DNA of 64,000 nucleotides from an uncultured delta proteobacterium (GTDB lineage: Bacteria > Myxococcota_A > UBA9160 > UBA4427): assembly GCA_963822965.1 (NCBI GenBank), contig CAWGJT010000005.1, positions 512,001 through 576,000 on the forward strand, read 5' to 3'. Every line of letters starts with the position of its first letter. Within the stretch, counting starts at the first letter, position 1. Positions 1 to 10,013 of the stretch are shown in pieces. The notes beneath the pieces are model-generated. The model did not search any database. It saw nothing but the letters and a program-made list of their open reading frames with translations, and had not been told where the DNA came from. A program made the translations under genes and the position numbers.

Positions 1-570
1 GGGCCAGTTCAGGTGCACGGGTCCCGGCGCGGCCCGCTGGCCGCGGCTCTCGGCAACGGCACGCGACGCCAGGCTGCGCGCGTAGCGGAGGAGATCGGTG
101 GTCGCGCCGGGAAGGGGCAGCTCGGCGAACCAGCGCACCTGGCTGCCGAAGAGCTTCAGCTGGTCGATGGTCTGCCCGGCGTCCCAGTCGCGCAGCTCCG
201 GGGGACGGTCGGCCGTCAGCACCACCAGCGACTGCCGCGCGTGGGCGGCCTCGACCACCGCCGGCAGGTAGTTCGCTGCCGCCGTGCCGGACGTACAGAC
301 GAGCGCCACGGGCTCCCGCAACGCCCGCGCCAGGCCCAGTGCGAAGAACCCCGCCGAGCGCTCGTCGACGTGCACCCAGCAGGACAGCCCCGGCTGTCGG
401 AACGCCGCCACCGCGAGGGGCGTCGACCGCGACCCGGGCGACACACAGACATGGCGAACGCCCGAGGCCGACAGCTCCGCGAAGAAGGCCCCGACGAACG
501 CATACGTGTCGTTGGGCGCGGCCTCGACGGCGCTTCCGGCAGCCCGCGCGACGCTCGGCGCGTGGGACAT
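1..570 (-). CDS. menD: 2-succinyl-5-enolpyruvyl-6-hydroxy-3-cyclohexene-1-carboxylate synthase (5' part; runs off window)
   Basis: Manual translation from ATG at 570 gives ...VCVSPGSRSTPL...VHVDERSAGFFALG...VCTSGTAAANYLPAVVEA...LTADRPPELRD...QTIDQ, the MenD N-terminal motifs. Not in the ORF track because it has no stop in the window. Confidence 0.95.
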   Translation of the reverse strand, partial: MSHAPSVARAAGSAVEAAPNDTYAFVGAFFAELSASGVRHVCVSPGSRSTPLAVAAFRQPGLSCWVHVDERSAGFFALGLARALREPVALVCTSGTAAANYLPAVVEAAHARQSLVVLTADRPPELRDWDAGQTIDQLKLFGSQVRWFAELPLPGATTDLLRYARSLASRAVAESRGQRAAPGPVHLNWP

Positions 571-574
571 CCAG

Positions 575-772
575 CTAGTGTCCTGTCCCAGAAGTTCGCT
601 TGCATTCGGCCGCCCCCGCGGCCCGCTGTCGGCGTTGCGCTCCCGTCGCCGTAGCGCGGCTATGCCTCGGTCGCGCGCCTTGGCAGCGGGCCGCGGGCGC
701 GTCCTCGGTGCACACCGAGACAGATCGAAGGGGCGTCGACTTCGACAGCGAACTTCTGGAACAGGACACTAG
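575..772. mobile_element. MITE-like element 1 (190 bp, 22-bp terminal inverted repeats, CTAG at both ends)
   Basis: Left end CTAG-TGTCCTGTCCCAGAAGTTCGCT (575-600); right end AGCGAACTTCTGGAACAGGACA-CTAG (747-772); one mismatch. The right CTAG contains the menF stop codon. The interior folds as a long hairpin. Confidence 0.85.
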
Positions 773-2343
773 ATCTCCGTGAGCGGGGCCAGCAGCGCCC
801 GCAGCTTGATGCGCGTCTCCTCGAGCTCCTGCTCGGGGTGCGAGTCCGCCACGATGCCGCCGCCCGAGAAGAGCAGCGCCTCCTCGAAGCCCGGCGCGTC
901 CGGCACGTCGCACGCTTCCGGGCGCGCGGCGCGGAGCAATCCGGAACGCAGGGCGACGCGCAGCTCCCCGTCACCCGCGGCGTCCACGAAGCCCACGGGC
1001 CCCGCGTACCAGCCGCGATCGAGCCCTTCGCAGCGCTCGATCCAGGCGAGCGCCGGCTGGCGCGGCGCCCCCGCCACCGCCGGCGTGGGGTGCAGCCGCC
1101 CGGCGAGCGCCAGCAGCGAGGGCCAGCGGCCGGCGGCCGAGCTCCCGTCGCCGGGCGTCTCCTGGAGGCGACCGAGGATCGGTGTCTCGAGGTGCTGGAT
1201 CCCTTCGATGCGCATCAGCCGCGGCGCCTCGAGCACCTCGAGGTCGCGGCACACGGGCGCAAGCGCCTCGGAGACGGCGCGCACCACGAAGGCGTGCTCC
1301 TCCTGGTCCTTCTTGCTCTCCAGCAGGGCGCGCCCGAGGCGCGCATCCTCCTCCGGCGTGCGACCCCGGGGCGCCGACCCGGCGACCGCGCCAGAGCGCA
1401 CGCGCGGCCCGGCGCGCGCCACCAGCAGCTCCGGGGTGGCGCCCAGGAAGCAGGCGTCCCCGCGCGCCACCGCGAACGTCACGCAGTCGGGATAGAGCCC
1501 CTCGAGGCGCCGCAGCAGCCCGCCCCGATCGAAGCGACCCTCGTGACGCACCGACAGGGTCCGCGCCAGCACGACCTTCTCGAAGTCACCCGCCGCGATC
1601 GCGCGCCGCGCCGAAGACACCTGGGCGCGGTAGTCCGCGTGGGAGCGATCCGCACGCACCCGATACTCGGGACCGCGCGTCATGCCGACGGGTCCCTCGC
1701 GCTCGAAGCCGCAGTCGAGCCCCCGCGCCGGGGCAGCCGACTCGCTCCCGAAGAGCGCCTCGAGCAGGCGGCGGACCCGCAGCAGCGCCGGTGCGAGCCG
1801 ACCCTCGGGCCCGGGCTCCAGGACGGGCGCGAAGACCAGGCTCAGCCAGGCCTCGTCACCCCGGCGCACGACCGTGACTTCCGGCAGCACGAGCCGGGCG
1901 GGTGGGAAGCCGCGCCAGACGCCGTCGGACGGCGGCGACGCCGCGAACGAGAAGCCGCCCACGAGAAGCGGTCCCCGTCCGGCGCCGCCCACCTCGCCGC
2001 CTTCGCGCTCGTGGGATCCGAACACCGGGAGCGACGCGAAGAGCCGCTGCGCGGCCGCCGCGGCTTCGCGGAACCGGTCCGGCCCGCGGGTCTCCACCAC
2101 CGCGCGCGCCCCGACCCCCAGCAACGCGAAGCCATCGGCCGGCCGGCTCCAGTAGAAGCGATCCGCCGGCAGGGCGGCCGCCTGCTCGACGAAGCCCGCC
2201 CGGAGGTCCAGCGGACGCGCTCGCGCCGGCAGCCTCACGCGCGCCGCGCGCAGCGCGTCGCCGCGGTCCGCGGGCCCGGTCTCCAGGGCACGCCCGAGCT
2301 GCGCCAGCACCTCGTTCACATCGAGACCGTCCGCGGCGCTCAC
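769..2343 (-). CDS. menF: isochorismate synthase
   Basis: Motifs KVVLAR, FLGATPELLV, KDQEEHAFVV, LHPTPAVAG, RGWYAGPVG and VALRSG. GTG start overlaps the menG stop (GTGA). Lies in the men operon. Confidence 0.9.
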   Translation of the reverse strand: MSAADGLDVNEVLAQLGRALETGPADRGDALRAARVRLPARARPLDLRAGFVEQAAALPADRFYWSRPADGFALLGVGARAVVETRGPDRFREAAAAAQRLFASLPVFGSHEREGGEVGGAGRGPLLVGGFSFAASPPSDGVWRGFPPARLVLPEVTVVRRGDEAWLSLVFAPVLEPGPEGRLAPALLRVRRLLEALFGSESAAPARGLDCGFEREGPVGMTRGPEYRVRADRSHADYRAQVSSARRAIAAGDFEKVVLARTLSVRHEGRFDRGGLLRRLEGLYPDCVTFAVARGDACFLGATPELLVARAGPRVRSGAVAGSAPRGRTPEEDARLGRALLESKKDQEEHAFVVRAVSEALAPVCRDLEVLEAPRLMRIEGIQHLETPILGRLQETPGDGSSAAGRWPSLLALAGRLHPTPAVAGAPRQPALAWIERCEGLDRGWYAGPVGFVDAAGDGELRVALRSGLLRAARPEACDVPDAPGFEEALLFSGGGIVADSHPEQELEETRIKLRALLAPLTEI

Positions 2344-3047
2344 GAGCGGACCGCCGTCCAGATCTGCGCGCTGCCCAGCAGCAGGGACCGACGCGCGACG
2401 GCCCCGAAGCCGGCGTCCTCGATGAGGCCGCGAAGCATCGGCGGCGGGGGTAGATAGTCGGTGGAGCGCGGCAGGTAGGCATAGGCGTCCCGGTCCGACA
2501 GCAGCCCCCCGAGCCGGGGGACCAGGCGGTCGAACCAGGCGGAGTGGACCGCGCGCACCGCCGCCCCCGACGGCCGGTCCACGTCGATCAGCGCCAGCCG
2601 GCCGCCGGGAACGAGGACCCGCGCGAGCTCGGCGAGCACGTCGGGCAGGCTCACGAAGTTTCGAAGCGCGAATCCGCAGGTGACGACCGTGAGGCTCGCG
2701 TCGCGCACGGGCAGCGCCGCCCCGTCGCCCTGGACGAAGGAGCTCCCCGGGAGTCGGACGCTGCCCGCCCGCAGCATTCCGCGCGCGAAGTCGATCCCAT
2801 AGGCACGCTGGCACCGGGACGCCGCCATCTCGAGCAGGTCGCCGGTACCGCATGCGACGTCGAGCACCCGATCCGAAGCGCCGACCTCCACCAGATCCAG
2901 GGTGAGCTTGCGCCACCGTTGGTCGAGCCCGGCGGTGAAGAGCCGGTTCAGCAGGTCGTAGCGGGGTGCGATGCGGTCGAACATCGCACGAACCGCCCTG
3001 CGCTTCTCGGCGCCGCTCGGAAGCGGCGCCGCCGGGGTCAGCGCCAC
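2340..3047 (-). CDS. menG: demethylmenaquinone methyltransferase (UbiE/MenG family)
   Basis: VRAMFDRIAPRYDLLNRLFT, VLDVACGTGD, GFALRN, AYAYLPRS; sits upstream of menF-menD. Confidence 0.85.
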   Translation of the reverse strand: MALTPAAPLPSGAEKRRAVRAMFDRIAPRYDLLNRLFTAGLDQRWRKLTLDLVEVGASDRVLDVACGTGDLLEMAASRCQRAYGIDFARGMLRAGSVRLPGSSFVQGDGAALPVRDASLTVVTCGFALRNFVSLPDVLAELARVLVPGGRLALIDVDRPSGAAVRAVHSAWFDRLVPRLGGLLSDRDAYAYLPRSTDYLPPPPMLRGLIEDAGFGAVARRSLLLGSAQIWTAVRS

Positions 3048-3826
3048 GACACCTCCAGCCGCGCGGACTCCGTGGCGGCCAGCGCCGCCTGCAGGGCCTC
3101 GCTGTCGCCGCTGGCGCGCACGCGCTCGAGGGCGCGATTGACCAGGGTGCGCTGGAAGTGCAGCGCGACGAGCCGGGTGACGTGCGGCAGCAGCGTCTGG
3201 AAGGCGTGCGCGATCGAGTCGCTCTCCGCGTCCGCGCGCTTGCGCACGTGGTCGTCGAACAGATCGATGCCGCGGTCGGCCACCTCCATCACGTGGCGGG
3301 CGTGGAGCACCGCCAGGTTCAGCAGCTCGTCCAGCGGAAAGCCCTGGCCCAGGATCGAGAGCCCGGCGCGTGCCATGTCGAGGTCGGCCTCGGTGAAGCG
3401 CGGCTCGCCGCCGACGTTCACCGGCTCGACCAGGCCGGCGCTCTCGATGGCCGAGATCAACGCCTCGGGGACGCCGGCTTCGGCGGCCAGCTCGGCGCGG
3501 CTCAGGGTGCGACTGCCGACGGTCTCCTCGGCGAGCGCCTGCAACAGATCGGCCGGGGCGCCGCCGCTTCGCCGCGAGCCGCCCTGCCCTCCGCGACCCC
3601 CCGGCTCTCGCGCCTCGCGCTCGAGCAGCTTGCGGATCTGCGCCAGGCTGAAGCCCTCGTCCAGCAGCCCACGGACCCGCCGGAGAGCCTGCAGGTGTGC
3701 GTCGTCGTAGATCGCGGTACGCCCCCGACGCCGGGGCGTGGGGATGAGCCCCTTGCCCTGGTAGAAGCGGATCGTGTCCACCCGCACACCCGCGATCTCG
3801 GCCAGCTGCTCGACCCGATATTCCAT
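3038..3826 (-). CDS. MerR-family transcriptional regulator with a second MerR-like HTH
   Basis: N-terminal YRVEQLAEIAGVRVDTIRFYQGKGLI, plus a second HTH-like segment LSRAELAAEAGVPEALISAIESAGLV; overlaps the menG start. Confidence 0.9.
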   Translation of the reverse strand: MEYRVEQLAEIAGVRVDTIRFYQGKGLIPTPRRRGRTAIYDDAHLQALRRVRGLLDEGFSLAQIRKLLEREAREPGGRGGQGGSRRSGGAPADLLQALAEETVGSRTLSRAELAAEAGVPEALISAIESAGLVEPVNVGGEPRFTEADLDMARAGLSILGQGFPLDELLNLAVLHARHVMEVADRGIDLFDDHVRKRADAESDSIAHAFQTLLPHVTRLVALHFQRTLVNRALERVRASGDSEALQAALAATESARLEVSWR

Positions 3827-3832
3827 CCTCTC

Positions 3833-3861
3833 ATTCTAAGAGTAATTACTCGCACTGTCAC
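3833..3861 (-). promoter_or_regulatory. sigma70-type promoter (GTGACA-N17-TAGAAT) with a 12-bp palindrome in the spacer; likely leaderless
   Basis: Minus strand reads GTGACA gtgcGAGTAATTACTCt TAGAAT gagagg ATG. Perfect palindrome GAGTAATTACTC at 3840-3851. Confidence 0.7.
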
Positions 3862-3902
3862 GCCACACCGGGCCAACAGAAGACCTTCCCCTTTTTTTTC
3901 AG

Positions 3903-4664
3903 CTAGTTGGAGTCAGCAGAGCGGACGATCCCGGCGAAGCGCCGCAGCACCGCCGACCCGTGCGGGCTATCCAGGGCCTCGCGCTCGAGACGCTCGGGAT
4001 CGAGGCCCTCGTCCCGGAGCACGTCCGCCCGGGCACGCAGGTAGCCGCGGATCACGTCCGCATCGAACTCCGGGTGGAACTGCACGCCCCAGGCGTGCGG
4101 CCGGGCGCGGCCGGGTGCGCGCCAGGAGAAGGCGTGATGCGGGTCCGCTTCGCTCGAGCCGAGCAGGACGGCACCATCCGGCAGGCGCAGCACCGACTCG
4201 AGGTGCGTGGCCTGGACCACCAGCGTCCGGGGCAGCCCGCCGAGCAGGGGGTCGCGCAGCGAGATCGCCGGGCCCACGTCGACCTGCACGGTGCCGATCT
4301 CGCGCCCGCGCGGGTTCCGACCCACGCGCCCGCCGAGGGCCTGGGCGAGCAGCTGGTGGCCGTAGCAGATCCCGAGCACCGGCGTACCGGCGGCCACGAC
4401 GGGCACGAGCCAGCGTCCGGTGGCCGTGCTCCAGGGCTCGCCCTCGGACACGAAGGCCGCCGACCCGGTGACGACGACACCCGCCACCCCGTGCGGTTCG
4501 GGCAGGGGCTCCCCCGCCTGCACGTCGACGACGAGAGCCGCGGGAGCCTCCTCGACATCGATTCCCATGCCCCGGACGATCCAGTCCTCGAAGTCGCCCC
4601 GGCGGTCTCGCACCGCGGCCTCGGCGCTGCCGGTCTTCACGATCAGCAGACGGCGTCCGCTCAC
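3903..4664 (-). CDS. class I glutamine amidotransferase (GuaA-like GATase1)
   Basis: VVVTGS, VLGICYGHQLLA nucleophile motif, GVQFHPE; GTG start overlaps the upstream stop. Confidence 0.9.
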   Translation of the reverse strand: MSGRRLLIVKTGSAEAAVRDRRGDFEDWIVRGMGIDVEEAPAALVVDVQAGEPLPEPHGVAGVVVTGSAAFVSEGEPWSTATGRWLVPVVAAGTPVLGICYGHQLLAQALGGRVGRNPRGREIGTVQVDVGPAISLRDPLLGGLPRTLVVQATHLESVLRLPDGAVLLGSSEADPHHAFSWRAPGRARPHAWGVQFHPEFDADVIRGYLRARADVLRDEGLDPERLEREALDSPHGSAVLRRFAGIVRSADSN

Positions 4665-5488
4665 GTGCGGTCGCCCGCGCCGAACAGGTGGTGCAACGCG
4701 ATACCGGCGGCGGTAGCCACGTTCAGTGAGTCGAAGCCCTCGCGCATCGGGATGCGGACCCGCGCGTCGGCCCGGGCGAGCGCAGCCGGGGAGAGGCCCG
4801 CTCCCTCGGTCCCCAGCAGCAGCGCCACGCGACCTCCGCCCGTGTCGAGAGGGCGCTCTCCCGCCAGCGCAACGTCTCCGTGCGGGTGGAGCGCGACCAG
4901 CCGATAGCTCGCCCCGCGCAGCACCTCGAGATCCGCGGGCCAATCCGCCAGCCGGGCCGACGGCACGCAGAGCGCGGCTCCCATGGAGACCCGGATCGCC
5001 TTCCGGTAGAGCGGGTCGCAGCAGCGGGGGCACAGCAGCACCGCGTCCACACCGAACGCCATGGCGTTGCGGAACACGGCCCCGACGTTGTCCGGGTCCG
5101 ACAGCCCTTCGAGCACGACCAGCCGCGAGGGACGCCCGGGCGGGGCGAGCAGCGTGTCGAGCGCGACCGGCTCCGGCCGGTCGCAGACGGCGAGACAGCC
5201 GCGGTGAACGTCGAAGCCCGCGATCCCGTCGAGCACCCCGCGCGGCGCCACGTACACGGGGACCTCCGGCGCGAGACGGGCGAGCGCGTCGGAGAGGGCT
5301 TCGCGGGCGGTCGGGGAGAGCAGCAGCGAGCGCGGCCGGTAGGCCGAATCCTCGATCAGCCGGCGTACGTTGGCGCGCCCTTCCACCATGAAGCGGGAGC
5401 GAGCGCGCAGCAGCTCGGCGTCGCGCACGTCCCGATAGTCGGCGACCCGGGCGTCGGAGATGGAGTCGATGGGAAAGACCGCGGGCAC
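4661..5488 (-). CDS. TrmH/SpoU-family RNA methyltransferase
   Basis: LEGLSDPDNVGAVFRNA, LLGTEGAGLS, IPMREGFDSLNVATAAGI. Confidence 0.92.
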   Translation of the reverse strand: MPAVFPIDSISDARVADYRDVRDAELLRARSRFMVEGRANVRRLIEDSAYRPRSLLLSPTAREALSDALARLAPEVPVYVAPRGVLDGIAGFDVHRGCLAVCDRPEPVALDTLLAPPGRPSRLVVLEGLSDPDNVGAVFRNAMAFGVDAVLLCPRCCDPLYRKAIRVSMGAALCVPSARLADWPADLEVLRGASYRLVALHPHGDVALAGERPLDTGGGRVALLLGTEGAGLSPAALARADARVRIPMREGFDSLNVATAAGIALHHLFGAGDRT

Positions 5489-5517
5489 GGGGGTCGGGAA
5501 GGCCAGAACCTGCTCGC

Positions 5518-5614
5518 CGGAGCTGCTCGAAGCTGCCTGGAGCTGCTCGAGGCTGCCTAGAGCTGCTCGAGGCTGCCTAGAGCTGCGAAGCTGCCTAGAG
5601 CTGCTTGAAGCTGC

Positions 5615-5629
<15 letters not shown>
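5518..5629. repeat. tandem repeat, about 5.7 copies of a 20-bp unit that includes the fumarase 3' end and stop codon
   Basis: Unit TAGAGCTGCTYGARGCTGCC repeated head to tail; the copies diverge with distance from the gene. Confidence 0.9.
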
Positions 5630-7234
<1,605 letters not shown>

Positions 7235-7258
7235 CGGGGGGAGTCCTCGCCTCGGCGC

Positions 7259-7924
7259 TCAGCCGACGGTCAGGTAGCGATAGGTCAGCTCGGCGAACTC
7301 TTCGACCAGCCGCCTGCGCTCGCCCTCTTCCAGCCGCGGCTCGCGACTGAGGCGCGACATCACGCACAAGAAGAGATCGTGGAGCAGGGATGCACCCGAT
7401 TCGACGTCGACCTCCGGACGAACGATGCCGAGGGTCTGGCCTTTCACGATGTCGGACCTCAGCAGGCTGCGGAAGTAGGCCTCGATGACCTGGCACCGGG
7501 CATCGACCTCGGGATCCCGCCGGGCCAGGCTCCAGGCGACGGTGAAGACCCCGGGGTGGTCCTGGCGCAGCAGGTGGACGGCCCAGATCGCCTTCGCCAG
7601 CCCCGCCCGGAAATCCTCCGCGCCGTAGGCCGCCGCCAGGGGACCCCCGTGATCGCCCACGGTGCCGTCCGCGCGCCGGCTGGCCAGGTAGCCGTCGAGC
7701 AGCGCCAGGAAGATGGCCCGCTTGTCGGCGAAGTGGTGGTAGACCGTCCCCACGCCGACGCCGGCTGCACCCGCCACGTCCGCGATGGACGTGCCGTCGT
7801 AGCCGTTGGTGCCGAACAGCTTCTCGGCGGCGGCGAGGACCTTCTGGCGGGTTTCGTGGCCCCGCGACTGGGTTCGCTGGGTCGATGGAACCGACTCGAT
7901 GGCGGGGGGCTCGCTGCGCTCCAT
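7259..7924 (-). CDS. TetR/AcrR-family transcriptional regulator
   Basis: TRQKVLAAAEKLFGTNGYDGTSIADVAGAAGVGVGTVYHHFADK. Confidence 0.93.
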   Translation of the reverse strand: MERSEPPAIESVPSTQRTQSRGHETRQKVLAAAEKLFGTNGYDGTSIADVAGAAGVGVGTVYHHFADKRAIFLALLDGYLASRRADGTVGDHGGPLAAAYGAEDFRAGLAKAIWAVHLLRQDHPGVFTVAWSLARRDPEVDARCQVIEAYFRSLLRSDIVKGQTLGIVRPEVDVESGASLLHDLFLCVMSRLSREPRLEEGERRRLVEEFAELTYRYLTVG

Positions 7925-7932
7925 GGCCTGCG

Positions 7933-7961
7933 AGCCTACGACCCCCCAAATAGGGGGTCAA
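7933..7961 (-). promoter_or_regulatory. promoter TTGACC-N17-TAGGCT for the TetR gene, with an inverted repeat over -35/spacer
   Basis: GACCCCC-caaata-GGGGGTC at 7940-7959; the -10 box lies 8 nt before the ATG. Confidence 0.55.
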
Positions 7962-8094
7962 GCGGGTGGATCCCCGGGAGCGCGGATCCAGAAGACCCAC
8001 CACCCGCAGGCGATCCCCGACGCAGTAGAATGGCCCACCGGAGACAAAACGAGCTCTCACCCACGAGAGCTCTCGCCATGCAAAGTGGGGCGAA

Positions 8095-8880
8095 ATGGAC
8101 TACCAGGACATCGACTATCGCGTCACGGGATCGGCGGCGGTCATCACCATCGACCGCGAGCGGCGGCTCAACGCGTTCCGCGGCCGTACCGTCGAGGAGC
8201 TGATCCACGCCTTCCAGCGAGCCTTCATCGAGAAGGGCGCGGCCTGCGTGATCCTCACCGGAGCCGGCCGGCGCGCCTTCTGCGTCGGCGGTGACCAGAA
8301 GGAGTGGGTGGAAACCGGCAGCTACGGCACCAGCCAGAACGGGCTCTTCGAGATCGAGACGCTGCACGAGGTGATCCGGACCTGTCCCAAGCCGGTGATC
8401 GCCGCCGTGAACGGATACGCGATCGGCGGGGGACACGTCCTGCACGTGCTGTGCGACGTGACCCTCGCGAGCGAGGACGCGATCTTCGGCCAGGCCGGGC
8501 CCCGCTTCGGATCCTTCGACGCCGGCTACGGCACCGCCTACCTGGCCCGGGTGGTGGGCGAGAAGCGGGCCCGGGAGATCTGGTTCTTCTGCCGGCAGTA
8601 CAGCGCGCAGCAGGCCGCCGACTGGGGTCTCGTCAACAAGGTGGTGCCCGCCGACGAGCTGATGCCCGAGGCGTTGCGGTGGGCGGACGAGGCGGCGCGG
8701 TTGAGCCCGACCGCCCTGCGCTTTCTCAAGCAGTCGTTCAACGCCGACACCGCCCACGTGGGCGGGCTGGGCCAGCTGGCCTTCGCGGGGCTCGATCTCT
8801 TCACCGAGAGCGACGAGTCGCGGGAGGGCCGCCAGGCCTTCGAGGAGAAGCGCGATCCCGACTACTCCCGGTTCCGCTGA
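8095..8880 (+). CDS. crotonase-family MenB/BadI-like enzyme (DHNA-CoA synthase or ring-cleaving hydrolase)
   Basis: AFCVGGDQ, GYAIGGGHVLHVLCD, GSFDAGYG, VGEKRAREIWFFCRQY. Confidence 0.8.
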   Translation: MDYQDIDYRVTGSAAVITIDRERRLNAFRGRTVEELIHAFQRAFIEKGAACVILTGAGRRAFCVGGDQKEWVETGSYGTSQNGLFEIETLHEVIRTCPKPVIAAVNGYAIGGGHVLHVLCDVTLASEDAIFGQAGPRFGSFDAGYGTAYLARVVGEKRAREIWFFCRQYSAQQAADWGLVNKVVPADELMPEALRWADEAARLSPTALRFLKQSFNADTAHVGGLGQLAFAGLDLFTESDESREGRQAFEEKRDPDYSRFR

Positions 8881-8925
8881 GTCCAGGTTCCGCTGAGTCC
8901 AGGTTTCACTGAGTCCAGGTTTCAC
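8870..8925. repeat. tandem repeat, 3.5 copies of a 16-bp unit that includes the stop codon of the MenB-like gene
   Basis: GGTTCCGCTGAGTCCA x2, then GGTTTCACTGAGTCCA, then GGTTTCAC. Confidence 0.85.
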
Positions 8926-8962
8926 AGGGGCCGCGCGCCGGCCCACCCCCGGAGCTCCCACC

Positions 8963-9937
8963 ATGTCGACCCCCACGACCGTCCATCCGACGACCTTCTC
9001 CCGGGACGCCTTCCACTTCGGCGTCACCCTGCCGCAGATCAAGCGCAGCTGGGATGAGGTGCGCGCAGCCGCGCTCGCGTTCGACGAGCTCGATTTCGAC
9101 TCGGTCTGGGCCTGCGATCATCTCTACGGCGTGCCGCTGCCGACGCTTCCCATCTTCGAAGCCTGGAGCCAGCTCGCGGCCGTGGCGGCGATCACCGAGC
9201 GGGTCGGCCTCGGCACGCTGGTCACGCCCCCCTTCTTCCGCAACCCGGCGGTGCTCGCCAAGCAGGTGACCACCATCGATCACGTCTCGTCGGGGCGCAC
9301 CATCGTGGGGCTGGGAGCCGGCTGGTTCCAGCCCGAGTTCGAGCAGACCGGCTGCCCCTTCCCGAGCCTGGGGGAGCGGATGCGGGCCCTCGAGGAGACG
9401 GCGACGATCCTGAAGGGGCTCTGGACCCAGGAGCGTTTCAGCTTCGAGGGCCGCCACTTCCGGGTACGCGATGCGGTCTCCGAACCGAAGCCCGTGCGGC
9501 GGCCTCCCATTCTCATCGGCGGCACCGGCGAGAAGGTGCTGATGGGCATCGTGGCCCGGCACGCCGACGTCTGGAACAACATGGCGGTGACCCAGGCACA
9601 GCTCGGCCAGAAGGTGGACGCCCTGCGCCGGCGCTGCGACGAGGAGGGACGCGACTTCGACACGCTCGCCGTCTCGCAGCAGTGCGTCGTGGTGATCGCC
9701 GAGACCGACGAGGAGGCGAAGACCGCCCTCGCCCGGGCCCAGAAGATCTACGGCGGACATCTCGGCGCCGGACTCGAGGAGCACGGCATCTGGGGCACGC
9801 CCCAGCGGGTGATCGACTGCATCGAGCGTCACCGCAAGCAGGGGTGCACGGGCTTCGTGATCGAGTTCTTCGGCCGGGACACGCGCGAGCCGGCGCGCCT
9901 GTTCGCCGAGAAGGTCATGCCGGCCCTGCGCAGCTGA
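8963..9937 (+). CDS. LLM-class flavin/F420-dependent oxidoreductase
   Basis: FDSVWACDH, RNPAVLAKQVTTIDHVSSGR, PPILIGGTGEK. Confidence 0.9.
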   Translation: MSTPTTVHPTTFSRDAFHFGVTLPQIKRSWDEVRAAALAFDELDFDSVWACDHLYGVPLPTLPIFEAWSQLAAVAAITERVGLGTLVTPPFFRNPAVLAKQVTTIDHVSSGRTIVGLGAGWFQPEFEQTGCPFPSLGERMRALEETATILKGLWTQERFSFEGRHFRVRDAVSEPKPVRRPPILIGGTGEKVLMGIVARHADVWNNMAVTQAQLGQKVDALRRRCDEEGRDFDTLAVSQQCVVVIAETDEEAKTALARAQKIYGGHLGAGLEEHGIWGTPQRVIDCIERHRKQGCTGFVIEFFGRDTREPARLFAEKVMPALRS

Positions 9938-10013
9938 GCCGCAAGCCTCAGGTGCCCGCGCCGCCCGTCCGACAAGCCCCGGACGGGCGCCTGTCGCGAG
10001 GGAGCCTGTTATC

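Noticed and set aside
13..654. Plus-strand ORFs over the first 650 bp
   Set aside because: Antisense shadows of menD, which has clear motifs on the minus strand.
570..771. menF-menD fusion by amber read-through (the MITE keeps the two genes in frame with no stop)
   Set aside because: A one-in-three chance in GC-rich DNA. MenF ends at its normal C-terminus, and many other genes here end normally at TAG, so there is no sign of recoding.
3879..3900. Poly-T run as an intrinsic terminator
   Set aside because: It is on the wrong strand for the flanking minus-strand genes and the stem is weak; more likely an A-tract upstream of the merR promoter.
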